DNA of 64,000 nucleotides from Takakia lepidozioides. Its lineage: Eukaryota > Plantae > Bryophyta. Below, piece after piece: positions 26,462 to 38,800 of the stretch. Below the pieces are notes generated by a model, which saw only the letters and a list, made by a program, of their open reading frames with translations, ran no database searches and was not told the origin of the DNA. The stretch covers positions 59,334,001 through 59,398,000 of the forward strand of contig CM060733.1 of the NCBI GenBank assembly GCA_030704615.1. The letters are read 5' to 3'. How positions within the stretch are numbered: the first letter of the stretch is position 1; each line of letters opens with the position of its first letter. The position numbers and the translations under genes are program-made.

Positions 26462-27367
26462 ATGCCCGGGAGTTTAAGCGAGTTAGAATGTTGGATCCCA
26501 TTTAAAAGGAGGAGAATGTCAGATTGGGTTGTTAGTATGGCAGTTAGGGAAATGGAAGATGTGGCTGATCTGCCTCTCGTTGTCGAGGGCACACCGAAGT
26601 GTTATATTTGTCTCATAATGCCAAAAAGCTCACCGATTCCCGCTGTTGGAGAGAGAGATTGTCTACTCGTTGATCAAGGTGGTCTAGGCCTTGGAAGGGC
26701 GCTCTAGTCCAAGATTTATGAAGGAGATGGCGGATGAGTGCTTACAAATCAAGGAGAGCTCACTGAGCCTTGTGCCCGAAGAGATTGATGTGCACGAAGA
26801 AATATCGTCTGTGGTTGTGTGTGAGGCTTACAATTTGTTGGAAGCAGACTTTACACTGATCATGCAATTGATGATGGGCCTACTGCGAATGCAAAATTCG
26901 TGAAACGATTCAGGAATATCATCGCCAAAACAGCCAAGCTGCATGGATGGAGTTCTTCTGAATCAGACTCTTGGGTACAACAAAAGATTCCATTTGGAAT
27001 TTTTGTGGAGGCGCTGCGGCTATTGTGGAATTCACAATGTTCTACCAATACTTGAACGTGGAAAGTGCAGGCATTGTTGGCTGAAAGGTTGAAATATTTT
27101 GGGGACTATGAGGTGTGCGTCATGCCAAATCCAGTGATAAATGAAACCTTGGAATTCTTGAGGAATCCTATCAATGTTAAAACTGTAGTCCAGGAATTTT
27201 TCGCATGCGCTAGGCTCAGGCTCGACAAAAATGGCTACAGTCATCCCTTCTCTCCTATTGCTTCAAAAGTAGTGAGAGAGGTCGTTATGGCTCTGTATTC
27301 CAGAGTATTATCGACTGATTACACGAAGGTATTTTCAGCAACGAGGCATTTGGCCGTGCATCGATGA
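26462..27367 (+). pseudogene. Frameshifted coding-like segment of unknown function
   Basis: A chain of protein-like ORFs (26462-26707, 26691-26903, 27065-27367) on the same strand. No family was recognised. Confidence 0.35.
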
Positions 27368-27469
27368 TAACGAATACATTGAATAGGTACAGCACCTGAC
27401 ACCTTCTGACTTGCAATTCTAAACCCTACAATTTGCTGCACCTTACATTCCAAATCATGCAGAGAGACA

Positions 27470-28370
27470 ATTGTTTCATTGATTTTGCAATGCAAAGATA
27501 CTCGCATTTCGAAACCGTGTCAACCTTAAGATGGATTGAGCATCCATGGTCTTGACACCATCCCACTGGGCTCCATAAACTAAAACTTCAAAACTGTCTA
27601 ACACAATGCGATTGCTATCAAAGGCAAGCAACAATTATCAGATCATTTGATATCTGGAGAATTGGTCAATTGAGCGAAGTAGTGCACATTTGCATGACAG
27701 GAAGAGGTGGCCAAGAAATATAGGGGTTTGAAATTTTGCATGAGTGTGGAGCTTCTAATTTGCTTAGTAGCATGGTGATCAAACTAATAGTCTTGAAAGA
27801 CAAACTATGTTTTGCTATGAAGTTAGCTATGCTAAAACACTTTTTCTTTAGGTTTGCATGAAGTGAATGGAACCATAATGCAGTTTATCTTTATCTGAAG
27901 CCATTGCTCCCTTGTAGATGGGTTTGGGTTGTCTTTGGTCCATGGTTGACATCCAAAAATATTAACCATGATGTCGTCAATGATGAATCTCTTCTACTTC
28001 ATGTGCTCGATGTAATCATTCATCCTCTGGATAGACAAAAACTACATTAGCTATCGATTTGTTATTGTGGAGACAACAACATATCTTGGCTACGATGATT
28101 GTGTGTTGTCTACCAATAACAAAAAATCTTGTGTTCTTCACGTCATCCTAGGACTTTGGCTTCAAAGACCAAACTTGACCGTCCTCATCTGGTGAATTGG
28201 AGTTAGATAGACGGGGTGAGGACGCGGTGTTGGAGTAGTCTTGCCTTCACTTCATCCTTGTGGTTCAGATTTAGCGGTCGGTAAACCATTTGTCCCAGCG
28301 CCTGTTCCATCTTTTCAACTGAGATTAAATGTGTCTCATCAAACCCAAATGGAAATATGTCTTGTTTTTC
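27470..28370 (-). pseudogene. Degenerate ORF with a ParB/Srx-like N-terminal motif, probably transposon-derived
   Basis: Manual translation gives IFPFGFDETHLISVEKM...YRPLNLNHKDEVKARL...KPKS*DDVKNTRFFVIGRQHTIIVAK, with internal stops and frameshifts. Confidence 0.4.
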
Positions 28371-28519
28371 ATTTTGACATTTTTTGACATTTTTTGACAT
28401 TTTTTGACATTTTTTTTTGTCATTTATCTTTCTAGATTTCGATTTCTTATCTGTTGTAAATACTGGATCAAGTGACACTTTAGATGAATTTTTTTTTTCA
28501 CCTTCGGAGGAGTAACAAT

Positions 28520-28616
28520 GGCTTATGAATTTGAAGACGGTATCTCTGTAGTGAGAGTACCTAGGACAATGAAGCAGAAAGTGGATATTGTCTTCAGATT
28601 GCCCACACATTAGCAT
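28520..28616 (-). mobile_element. Short fragment of a non-LTR retrotransposon C-terminus (CCHC zinc finger)
   Basis: CGQSEDNIHFLLHCPRYSHYR matches the LINE ORF2 C-terminal E-x-x-x-H-x-x-x-x-C motif. Confidence 0.55.
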
Positions 28617-29006
28617 TGTTACAATCCCCCTTTCCTCTTACATCTGTTTGTTGTTCAAAGGTAGGCTTCCCACCTCAGTTTTATTTCATGCCGAGAGTGG
28701 ATAAACCCTTTAGGTCCTCTTTAATGGCCTCACTCATACCCTTGAACACTTCAGCCTCCAAGTCAGATTTTATCCAACATGGTCAAAGAGCGAGACAAAG
28801 ACAGGGAGAGATATGGCACGTGCAGGCATCAATCAGAAGTGGCTACAGCAGTGGTTGCGTCAAGCAGCTACAGCTCCACAGCCAACGATCAACGACGGCT
28901 CCTCACCCGCTCCCACCTACGGGACCTGCAGCACCCGAACCCATACCCATGTTAGAACACAAAACATAATAATTTGTGGTGGAAAAGCATCATTTCCATT
29001 TACTAA

Positions 29007-29811
29007 CCTTTATGGTAGCCATGAAAGTAGGGTATCACTTTTATCATCTTGTGTTTCGTCAGCTGTGGATTTTTGTTTCCTAATTACATTCTTCTTTTTT
29101 GAAGCCTCATGCTCTTGCCGGTTCTTTTCAGCCTCCCAACCTAAAACAAATAGACGACCCTGGAATCGGCTCCACTCCGCAGTAAAATTGAATTCATCTG
29201 GGACTGACCCATCCCGAGGGGACTTAAACCCAGCTTACACGGTCCTATCCGTCAAGCTTTTGTCCAATTTGTTTATTTATGTGACAAAATCCGATTGTTC
29301 GGGCATTCTTGTCCTCATCTTGGATGAAAATGACAATATACAGATTCTCCCTGTCCGGCTCGATCTCACAATCCACACCATGGGCACATTCAAGCTCTGT
29401 TGTGTGGTCTGATTCGTTGTCATTGATATCTATTTTCCATCTGTTATCCACAATTTCATCTTGGGGTATTGACGTCTCTAGGAAACCACCTGACCATGTG
29501 TTGCGATTCAAAATAGACACCTACAGACTTAGCCTGCTTTCTTTATAGGGCCCACTCCCGAGAGGGGGCAGTAGCCGTGAGACGAAGTGGCTCTTAGTTA
29601 CGCCGGTTTTGGCCGGAGTCTTCTCTCTCTCTGCACCTGACTGGGTGGGGCTGGAGGTGGAGGAGCACTCTTTGCCCAAGTCAAACTGAAAGATACAAAT
29701 TTTGGGACCCATTTGATCCAACATATGTTTTCCCCTCAATATCATATCTAACTCTATTTGTGAAGTAGCTTGGAGAAGTTGGACGTCAACTATATGCATC
29801 TTAGTAATCAT
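29007..29811 (-). pseudogene. Disrupted ORF with possible C2-like beta domains
   Basis: ORFs 29811-29521 and 29520-29245 are in frame across one TAG. HIVDVQLLQA and LYIVIFIQDEDKNARTIGFCHI resemble C2-domain strands. Confidence 0.3.
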
Positions 29812-30294
29812 CTAACCTCAATTAGTGCGCACTTTCAAGCGAAGTGAAGTCAGATTGCTTATCATGGAGTGCTGGTGGATGCGCATGGGTGAGGGTGGCT
29901 GCAATTTCTATAGGGGTTTTCAACGAATTTATGAACTCTTCATTCAACAAATTAGTCAATTGACATATTATTATGTTAAAATATTTGTGATAATCATATT
30001 AGAACTCCATGGCAATTAATTATTATCAAACCTTCGTGAATCGATGTCATGCAATCAAATGAAACTTCAGAGCTTATCATACAAAGACTGATTTATTTGC
30101 TAATTGTTATAATTACTCGTGATAATGTATGATATTTTAATCATACAAAAATAGATTAAGAATAATTTTACGCGATATTACCAAGTTGAGGTTCATATTC
30201 TGGCCCATAGGTTTATAAGGACCAGGTTAGGTGTCTAGTTTTCTGACAGCATGCTCGAAACGTTCATAATGCCATTGAGTGGCCTTGCAATAAG

Positions 30295-31530
30295 TTGATG
30301 TATAACTACTTTTCCATTTCACAAGTTATGAAGAAGGTGTCACAGAAGAAGATCGCAAAGACGTCAAGGCTGAAGGATATGCCCTTTAGTTGTGAACTAC
30401 AATCATATCATGACAAACCCCATTTTCCCCACGCAGATGAGGGAGACATTCTGCATTTGCGAGTAGTGGGACTTAATTCCTTGCTTTAGCTTGAAGGCAG
30501 TTGTGACACCAGAGAAACTGGAAACTACCTCCAAGAAAGTTGAAACTCGCAAGATAGTCATGTATGCGTCTCATTATCTCCAAACTGGGATTCCGAGTTA
30601 TCAACCGACCCTTTACATGTGCGCTGGATGGAGTATAATTCTGATTTAGGCATTTCCTGCCACCAGACGTTCGCTTCTCCAATTTTTACATTTAAGGATG
30701 TGTCTGTGTTTATGGCACTATTTCTCCCAAGGAGGCCTGAGTACCCCCCTGTACTTGCAAGAATTTGATGTGTAGCTGTTTTTCTCTTTCATAAGTTATG
30801 AAGAAGCAGTCACAGAAGAAGATCGCAAAGAGGTCAAGGCTGAAGGCGTTCATTAAGGTTGTGAACTACAATCGTATCAAGCCAAACCAGCTTTTCCTGA
30901 CGCAGATGGTGTCATGAGACATTCTGCGATTTGCACGTAGGTGGACTTAATTTCGATGTTGACTTGAAGGCAGTTGTGACACCAGAGAAACTGGAAACTA
31001 CCTCCAAGAAAGTTGAAACTCGCAAGATAGTCGTGTATCAATCTCCAGCGATTCCGAGTTATCATCTGATCCTTTGGATTCAGACTGGATGGAGTATAAT
31101 TCTGGGTTAGGCATTTCCTGCCACCACACGTTGGCTTCTAAGGAGGTTTCTATGTTTATGGCACTCTTTCTCCCAAGGAGGCCTGAGTACCCCTTTTACT
31201 TTCCCGCAATTTGATGTGTAGCTGCTTTTCCATTTCACAGGTTTTGGAGAAGGCGTCACAGAAAAAGATCGCAAAGAGGTCAAGGCTGAAGGCGTTCATT
31301 AAGGTTGTGAACTACAACCATGTCATGCCAAACCAGCTTTTCCCGTCGCTGATGGTCTCATGAGACATTTTGCATTTGGGAGTAGATGGACTTAATTTGG
31401 ATGTTGACTTGGCAGCAGTTGTGACACCAGAGAAACTGGAACCTACCGCCCAAAAAGTTGAAACTTGCCAGATAGTCATGTATTCGTCTCGTTTTCTCCA
31501 AACTGTGATTTTGAGTTATCATCCAACCCT
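30295..31530 (+). pseudogene. RPL27: Three tandem partial copies (~445-470 bp period) of a 60S ribosomal protein L27 (eL27) gene segment with intron-like spacers
   Basis: Units encode variants of KKxSQKKIAKRSRLKAFIKVVNYNHVMP and DVDLKAVVTPEKLETTSKKVETRK. They start at ~30295, ~30765 and ~31210 and carry frameshifts. Confidence 0.8.
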
Positions 31531-32350
31531 GTATACATGATTTCTGCAAAGGCATGCCTAGCTGAAGGAGTAGGGATACAGTGTGGGTCCAGATTCTTCC
31601 AACAGAGCCGGCCTTCAAGCTCCAGATTACCTTTCATTCTCTGTTGGTTTTAGCTACAAGAAACCTGCATGGGTACATGCTCAACTGGAATCTGCAAGAG
31701 CTACGGCACAATTGAGCAAAATCAGGCGTTGCTAATGAAGGCACTTCCCAATTCACCATGTTTTTCCCTCTTGTCAGATCCTGCCCTAAATTTTCTGGTT
31801 CAATTCTGCGAGTTAGCTGGTTGAGTGAACCTTTTATGGTTTGGAGTGACTTTGACATAATGCTTCCAATGAGTCAACAGGAAAGTATCCAGAAACATGT
31901 GACACATACGAGGCAAAGCGGTGGAATGAACACTTTTGTGACCCTGGCAGTCAATAGTGGGACAATCGAGGCAAATGGTGTATGCCTGTTGGATTTCAGA
32001 GAGTAGCAGATGCAAGACAGCATAGGAACTAGTGTGATAAGTTGTGTTCGGTGTTTCCTAGAACAAATCTAGGCTACCATTATCAGCTGCAAGGCAAGGA
32101 TGTACGCATCTTTTCTGCAGAGGCAGTGATACCTGAAGCAGGGATGGAGCCCAAGCTCACACTTAGTGGGTCAAATGTGAGCTTGGGCGTCACGCTTAGT
32201 GGTCGTGAGCGCATAATGGTGCGGTATCAGAAATGGGGCCTATATCCGAGAATAAATGCAGCCTATTCCCACGAGAATACCAGCAGTGTCATTTGGAAAA
32301 TTGGAATCGTATAGGTGCATTCATTATGTGCATGTAATCAGGTGTGATGA

Positions 32351-33005
32351 TTTATGTGGGCGTTGACGACCACATAATTCCTAGACCTCACAAAGCATCA
32401 TGTTGGAGTATGTTTTTATTATTTTTCGAAATAATTTGAAAATATTTTCTTTTTATTTTGTCATTGGAGGACTTGTGGGAGGTCCACAAATTATGTGGAC
32501 GTCAACACCCACATAAGTCCTCACATTTTATATTTAAAAAACAAATTTGAAAATTTTGGGTTTTTTTTTTTTCTTGTCATTGGAGGCTTGCGAGAGGTCC
32601 ATGAATTATGTGGGGATCAAAGCCCACATAGTCCTCACATTTTAGATTAAAAAAATGTTTTTGAGAATTTTATTTTATTTTATTTATTTTTCGGTCATTG
32701 GAGGGCTTGCGGGAGGTCCACGAATTATGTGGGCGTTAACACCCACATTTGTTTTTTTTTGTTTTTTTTTTTGGGATCGTTGGAGGGCTTGTGGGAGATC
32801 CACGAATTATGTAGGCGTCAACACCCACATAAGGTTTTTTTTTTTGTGGATGTCATTGGAGAATTTGCGGGAGGTCCATCAATTATGTGGGTGTCAATAC
32901 CCTCATAAGTTCTCACATTATCTTTTTTTTTTAAATCATTTTATTGTGTTATTAGAGGACTTGCGGGAGGTCCATGAATTATGTGGGCGTCAACACCCAC
33001 ATAAG
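32351..33005. repeat. Array of ~56-bp hairpin-containing repeats (6 direct, 1 inverted) with T-rich spacers
   Basis: Consensus TCATTGGAGGGCTTGCGGGAGGTCCAYGAATTATGTGGGCGTCAACACCCACATAA at 32461, 32577, 32695, 32777, 32853 and 32949. An inverted copy lies at ~32351-32407. Confidence 0.88.
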
Positions 33006-33571
33006 AGGCAATGAAGGCAAAGTAATAGGACATCCAAAATCAACAGGACACTATGTGTAGTATCTCATTGTTCGACAGTATAAACTCATCGTAGCTAAGA
33101 GTGTCCAAAGTTGAACTCACGTGAGCACAAACTCGGGTTTCGTCAGCAAATTTGGTTTTTTTTATTTTTTTTTATTTTTTTTCCCTCAATCTCTTGTCCA
33201 AAATTGAACTCATGTATAGCACAAACTTGGTTTCGTCAGCAAAATTCGTTTTTGTGATTACATTTTTTTCGCTTGACAAACTGCTGTAACCGATGCGCTC
33301 ATTCAATAGTGGGATAAGTATAGGCACGGAAATGCACGGAAATAGGTTCACTAGACAATGCAGTGAATCACGTCGTAGTGGTGTGGATTTAGCCCTCAAA
33401 TTAGCTTATGCTCTCGTCTTTGTTTGTTTGGCCTCCTCTTGCTACTCCAACATTTTAGATACATATGATTATCCTTTTGTTTGTGCACTTTTCATAAGTG
33501 CGGTCTCTGTTCGCGCTCACAACCACACTTTTTTTTTCATAGAATATGAATGATGGTCTAAAATATCGATT

Positions 33572-34569
33572 ATGGAGATGATCAAGGTATTGGTGGTGGT
33601 AGCATTGTTCGAATATATGGGTATTAGGGTTAGAGCAGACAATGTGGATGCGCTTCCAGGTTGGATGGGGGAAACATATGTTGTAAAAAAACTATTGCGA
33701 GAGAAATTAAGGTCCAAAGAAGTGGAAGTACATCCTTCTATGAAACTTATCTCCATAGAAGAAAGTTCCAGAGGATTAGATGAGATTGTCAAAGTAGATC
33801 CTTCCGCAGTGGTTCAGTTGTCTTCGAGACCTCGAGTTTTTTTGTACAAAGGATTCAACCGCAGAGTGTGATCATCTAATTTATCTTTCTAGAGAAAAAC
33901 TGGAAGAGTCCACAATGGCAGACAACGAGTCCGGTGAAAGTGTGGCGAGTGAGCTTCGTACTAGCTCAGGCATGTTCGTGCTCAAGGGGCAAGACGAAAT
34001 TAGAAGAAAGGATTGCTACCTGGACCTTCTTGCCAAGTGAAAATGGGGAGGCAACTCAGGTGTTGAGATACAAACTCGGGCAAAAATACGAGCCTCACCA
34101 TGACTATTTTTACGACAAGGTAAACCAAGCCGTTGGCGGCCACCGAACGGCGACAATTCTAATGTACCTCTCCAATGTCATCAAGGGTGGGGAAACCATT
34201 TTCCCGGAATCAGAGAGCGATGGCGGCCCCAAAGACGATACATGGTCTTCAAGCGCTAAGCGAGGTGTGGCTGTCAAACCTAAAAAAGGTGATGCTCTAC
34301 TTTTCTTCAGCTTACTTCCTTTGGGTTCACCGGATTTGTCGAGCTTACATGCAGGGTGTCATGTCCTCGAAGGAGAGAAGTGGTCGGCCACCAAATGGAT
34401 ACATGTCTCCACCTTCGAGCGAACAAGGCCTAAGGCCGGCAACTGCGAAAACGAGAACGAGCAGTGAAAAGGCTGGGCCGCACGCAGCGAGTGCCTCAAG
34501 AATAGTGCATGCTCGGTACCCCACAGTGGCCCGGCGCTTGCCGCAAGGCCTGCAAACTTTGCTAACTAA
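33572..34569 (+). pseudogene. P4H: Intronless (processed) prolyl 4-hydroxylase pseudogene with ShKT-domain remnant
   Basis: VDPSAVVQLSSRPRVFLYKGF, QVLRYKLGQKYEPHHDYF, GGHRTATILMYLSNV.KGGET, SLHAGCHV.EGEKWSATKWIH, then CENENEQ*..WA..ECLKN. Frameshifts near 33860 and 33990, stop at 34465, no introns. Confidence 0.85.
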
Positions 34570-35856
34570 GTCAAGGCGTTGTCTTGTCTTGTTCAATCAT
34601 TCTCTTTCTTCTTATCGACAAATCAGATGTCAAAAATCATCACATATTGAGCAAGAATACCAGAAGTATTCAACCATTCAGATAAAGTTATAAAGATTAG
34701 TGATCTATCTACATCCTTGAATCTAGTTCTTCAAAACATGAAAGATGTCATCCCTACAAAAGCACATGCCATACGGTGTTGGAAAGGCATTAGAGTGGAT
34801 ATCATAAATGCTCCCAATAGCATAAAGATTACTCGTTTTAAAACCTGCGTCTTGGTTTGGCATTGGATGGGGTGAATCCTTATGTCGCAAAATCTACGAG
34901 TTGGTCAACGTGGCCCATCCGTATGCATATAGAACATGATTTTCAAATACTACAACAATGTTGAAATATCTTCCGTTTGGATGGTCAATTAACCATCATT
35001 GGAAGCCCAATTTTGGTGAGATCAAAATTCTGTTATATGAATGAGTTTTATTGATTATTGAGACAACCATGTAATTTAAAAAAACCAAAAAAATATTTTT
35101 AGGGGGAAAACAAATCCCCACAATAACCATAGGGCATAGCACTGAGAGCATGCCACTTATTGTAATTTTCAATACCTCAAAAAAACATCCATCCTATATA
35201 GTATAGTTATACTCAACAACTCACAAGAAAGAAACGTCTTGATGGCAAAGCAAATGATTCTCATAGACAAACATAACAAAGAATAATTATTATTAGTAAA
35301 CATAAAAGGTTCACAATGAGTAACAATAGAAATAATGTAAGAACTTAATGCACGCATGCCATTTGACGGCTCCTCCGGCAGCCCCCTATCAAATCCTCCT
35401 CATCCCCTCTCACCCTGGATTCATTATTATATTCTAGTGACAGCTAAAGGTGGGAAACTAATTTTAGTGTAGAGCAAGGAATAGGGTGCCATAGTGCCAC
35501 GTTATGGTCGACACACCATCGTCGTCAGCCACGTCATCACCATAAATTTTTCAAACTGCCCGAACATAAACTGATTTATGAAAATCATTTCTTACATCAT
35601 TGTCAGTCAAGCCATTGTCGTCTACCACATCATTGTTGTCATTTTTTAGGCTGCCCAAAAAAACTGATTTATGGAAATTCTTTTTTCTATAAGTTTCTTT
35701 TTTTCTTTTGTTTTCTTCACGTATTCTATGTAAATGTTACAACACTTCTAAATATTAATTATGATAAAACACTATACAGAAATCAATGGTATGTCCAGTT
35801 TTTGAAACCCTCATAAGGTTTTGTGTCTCAATTTACTAATATATTACAATACTATA

Positions 35857-38800
35857 TATTTATTTATTTTATATTTTTATTTATTTATTAAGATAACAGG
35901 GGCTGTGGCCCTGGATGTGGTTTTATTGAGGAATTATTTGGAAGGAAAAAAATTAAAACCTTCAGAGTGCCACAAGGCTGCCATAAGGTTGTTCGCACGG
36001 AGGTCATGCTAGATAATTGAGAGCAGTAACCGAGAGCTAAGTACGTGCTATAGCCAACTCCCGAAGCCCAAGGCCTATAGCCTAGAGATATTGAGTGACC
36101 ACTACGAGGCAGTGCCACCATCGTGAGTGCGATTCAAACCAAGTCTAAATAGAACGAAGGCTTATAGCCCAAATCAGGCACTAGAGGGCCTTTAGCCTAA
36201 AAAGTTGAGATACCACCACGAGGCAGTGTCTCCACCGTGAGTCAAATGCAACGCAGCAAGTCTAGACTGTGTAATTGAGAGGTAGGTGAGAGTAGCCCTA
36301 GGGAGATAGAGGAGAGGGAAAGATAGAACAGAACGGCAAGCAGCCAAGAGAGGCGTGGAGGGGTTGGAAGGGGGAGGGGGTAGGCAGAGGAGAACTGTAA
36401 GCAAGAAGGGGAAGTCAACGGTGGAAGTGGAGCCTCGCTGCTGAAGCTGATCGAACGTGTTTCCAGTTGATCTCCGATCTGTCGAATTCAGGAGAAGCCG
36501 AAGAGGGGGTTTCTGTGTCCCTCCCACGAAGGCGGAATTATGGCTACCCAAATACAGGTGAGGTCACTGGAGCATGTGCAAATGAGCCCATTGTTGCCCC
36601 AGGTGGCCTTGAATGTGTAGATGAGGGCAGGCAGACGCTCTGGTTTCCTGGCCGCCACTGCACACAGAGATGCCCAAGCCTTCTTAGCTGCTATTGTTAG
36701 ATAAAAAAAAACTAGAGACAGTATATGTGTGGCCGAGGTCTCTCCTTTGTTTATGGCCCATGCACAATGGCTTTTCCACAAATTCCAGAGAACCGACCAT
36801 CTTAGAGCCTCAAAAACCGGACAGTCCGAAGCTTTGGATTTTTGCCTCTAGTTGTAGTTAAGAAGGATTGCCAGAGATCCGAAGGCCACGGTTTCCCAAG
36901 ACCTATAGAAGCCTTTAGCCAAAGGCCAGGCAGAAGGGGCCAGACAATGGAGAAGACAGTGCTCAAGGGTTTCAATAGTCTGGTTGGCACAACATTGGCA
37001 GAGGAGTGCCTCATTGAAACTTAGAAATTGGCCCACCTTGAGAACCCTATTTGCAACTTGTCATAAAAAAGCACTGATCTTAGCTGGTTTAGTTTTTTCC
37101 CAAATAAGGGACCAGATCCCTTTCCAGTCTTCCTGATTGAAGTTCTCATGACTCCATCTATCCTCCCATTTAGTGGTTAAGGGCTTGGCATTTAACAGTA
37201 TCCCAACAATAGACGTTCCACATGATATAATGCAAGTGAATCCATGTTTTGGGTTTTTTTCACGATTTTTGTTTTTTTATCTTATGTACTTTTATGTAGG
37301 CCACATCTTCAACTTTTTGGTCCACTCTTCGTTGCAACTACCCGGAAGCAGAACCCCTTGAGCGAGTCCTGGCCAACTTCTGAGACATATAGAATTTGTA
37401 GGGACTTAGAGTTATGGACAACCCACTGGTTTGGCCGAAGAGGACCAGGGCCAGCTTTGAGAATCAATTCCCAGGAGTCTGGAATGAATCGAATAATGAT
37501 AGAGATACCAGATCTAAGACGGTTGGCTCCTAAGGCCATGTAGAGAGATTGAGGGGTGCTCTCCCACAAGTCGTTGACAGTGGAGATTCCCCTAGTTTCC
37601 CAAGCAACCCATCTTTTGGCCGAAGCGTGGTCCTCCATAGAGGGGTTTGGATTGTTGAGGAACAAGTGTTGCCTAAGGGTTTCCTGAAAAGTGGTGGGCT
37701 CTTGTTTCCTCAAGAATGGACTTAGGCTATTCCAGGACTTCCAGATTGTAGACCAAAGAGGGGAGCCTATGGACTTGTGATTAAAACCTTGAAGGAGCCA
37801 ACGGCTTGACTGTTGCCATTGAACCTGCTGCAGAGGGGTAGAGGAGGATATAGTGGAAGAGACCATGAGCTTCCACCAGCCTCCTTCTGGACCAATGAAT
37901 CTTGGAATCCATTTCCCTAGAAGAGCCTTGATTTGCGTAGCTGGATCAAGAACACCTAGACCTCCCATCTTTTTGGGGAGACATATTTGGGCCCAAGACA
38001 CTTGAGGTCTTTTGTTTTGTGAGGAGGAAGAGCCCTCCCAGATAAAGTTCCTAATCAGTCTTCTGACTTCTTTGATAATTTTGGATTCAGGACCCCAGGT
38101 GGAAGCAAAGTACCAAATACTTGCTAGTATGATTTGATTAGCCACTAGTGCCCTACCTGTGATAGAAAGGTGGCATGATCCCCAGTATGCAAGGTGGCGC
38201 TTCAATTTTTGAATCGTTGGCTCCATCCTCTGCTCCTCAGTCAGGTTGATGCCGAATGTGCGTCCCAGTAGTGTGGTGGGCTCCCCTTCTTTAAGCCATT
38301 GCAGGCCAAGATGCAGCTGCCCCCAGGTAGGAGAGGTACCAATGGTTGATTTTGAGGTGTCTCCTAGAAGTAAGGCTTTGGTCTTGGCCCAGTTGACCCT
38401 GAACCCAAAGACACTACAGAATTGGGCGAGCGTGGATTCTGCAGCTGCTAGGGAGGAGCAGCCTGCCTGAAGAAGTAGGAAGTGTCATCAACGAACATGG
38501 AATCCTTGATTTCCTTCTAGCGGTTGTCTCTGGGGCATTGTGGTTTTAGACCTTTCACCTGAGGGTTGTTGTCTACCATGTGTCCGAGTGCATCAGCCAC
38601 GAACAAGAAGAGAAAGGGGGCCAGAGGGCAACCTTGCCTCACAGACCTCTGGAGAGGAAAGGGTTTCGATAGATGCCCATTGATCATGACCCTGCTAGTA
38701 GCCCCTTGTAGCAGAATATGAACCCATTGACAGAAGCCTGGAGGGATGCCAGATTTGCGAAGCACTGCCATGAGAAAGGGCCAGTCGACCTTGTCGAAAG

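Noticed and set aside
32351-33005. CRISPR array
   Set aside because: The context is eukaryotic with no cas genes. The repeats are long and degenerate, and the spacers are low-complexity and variable in length.
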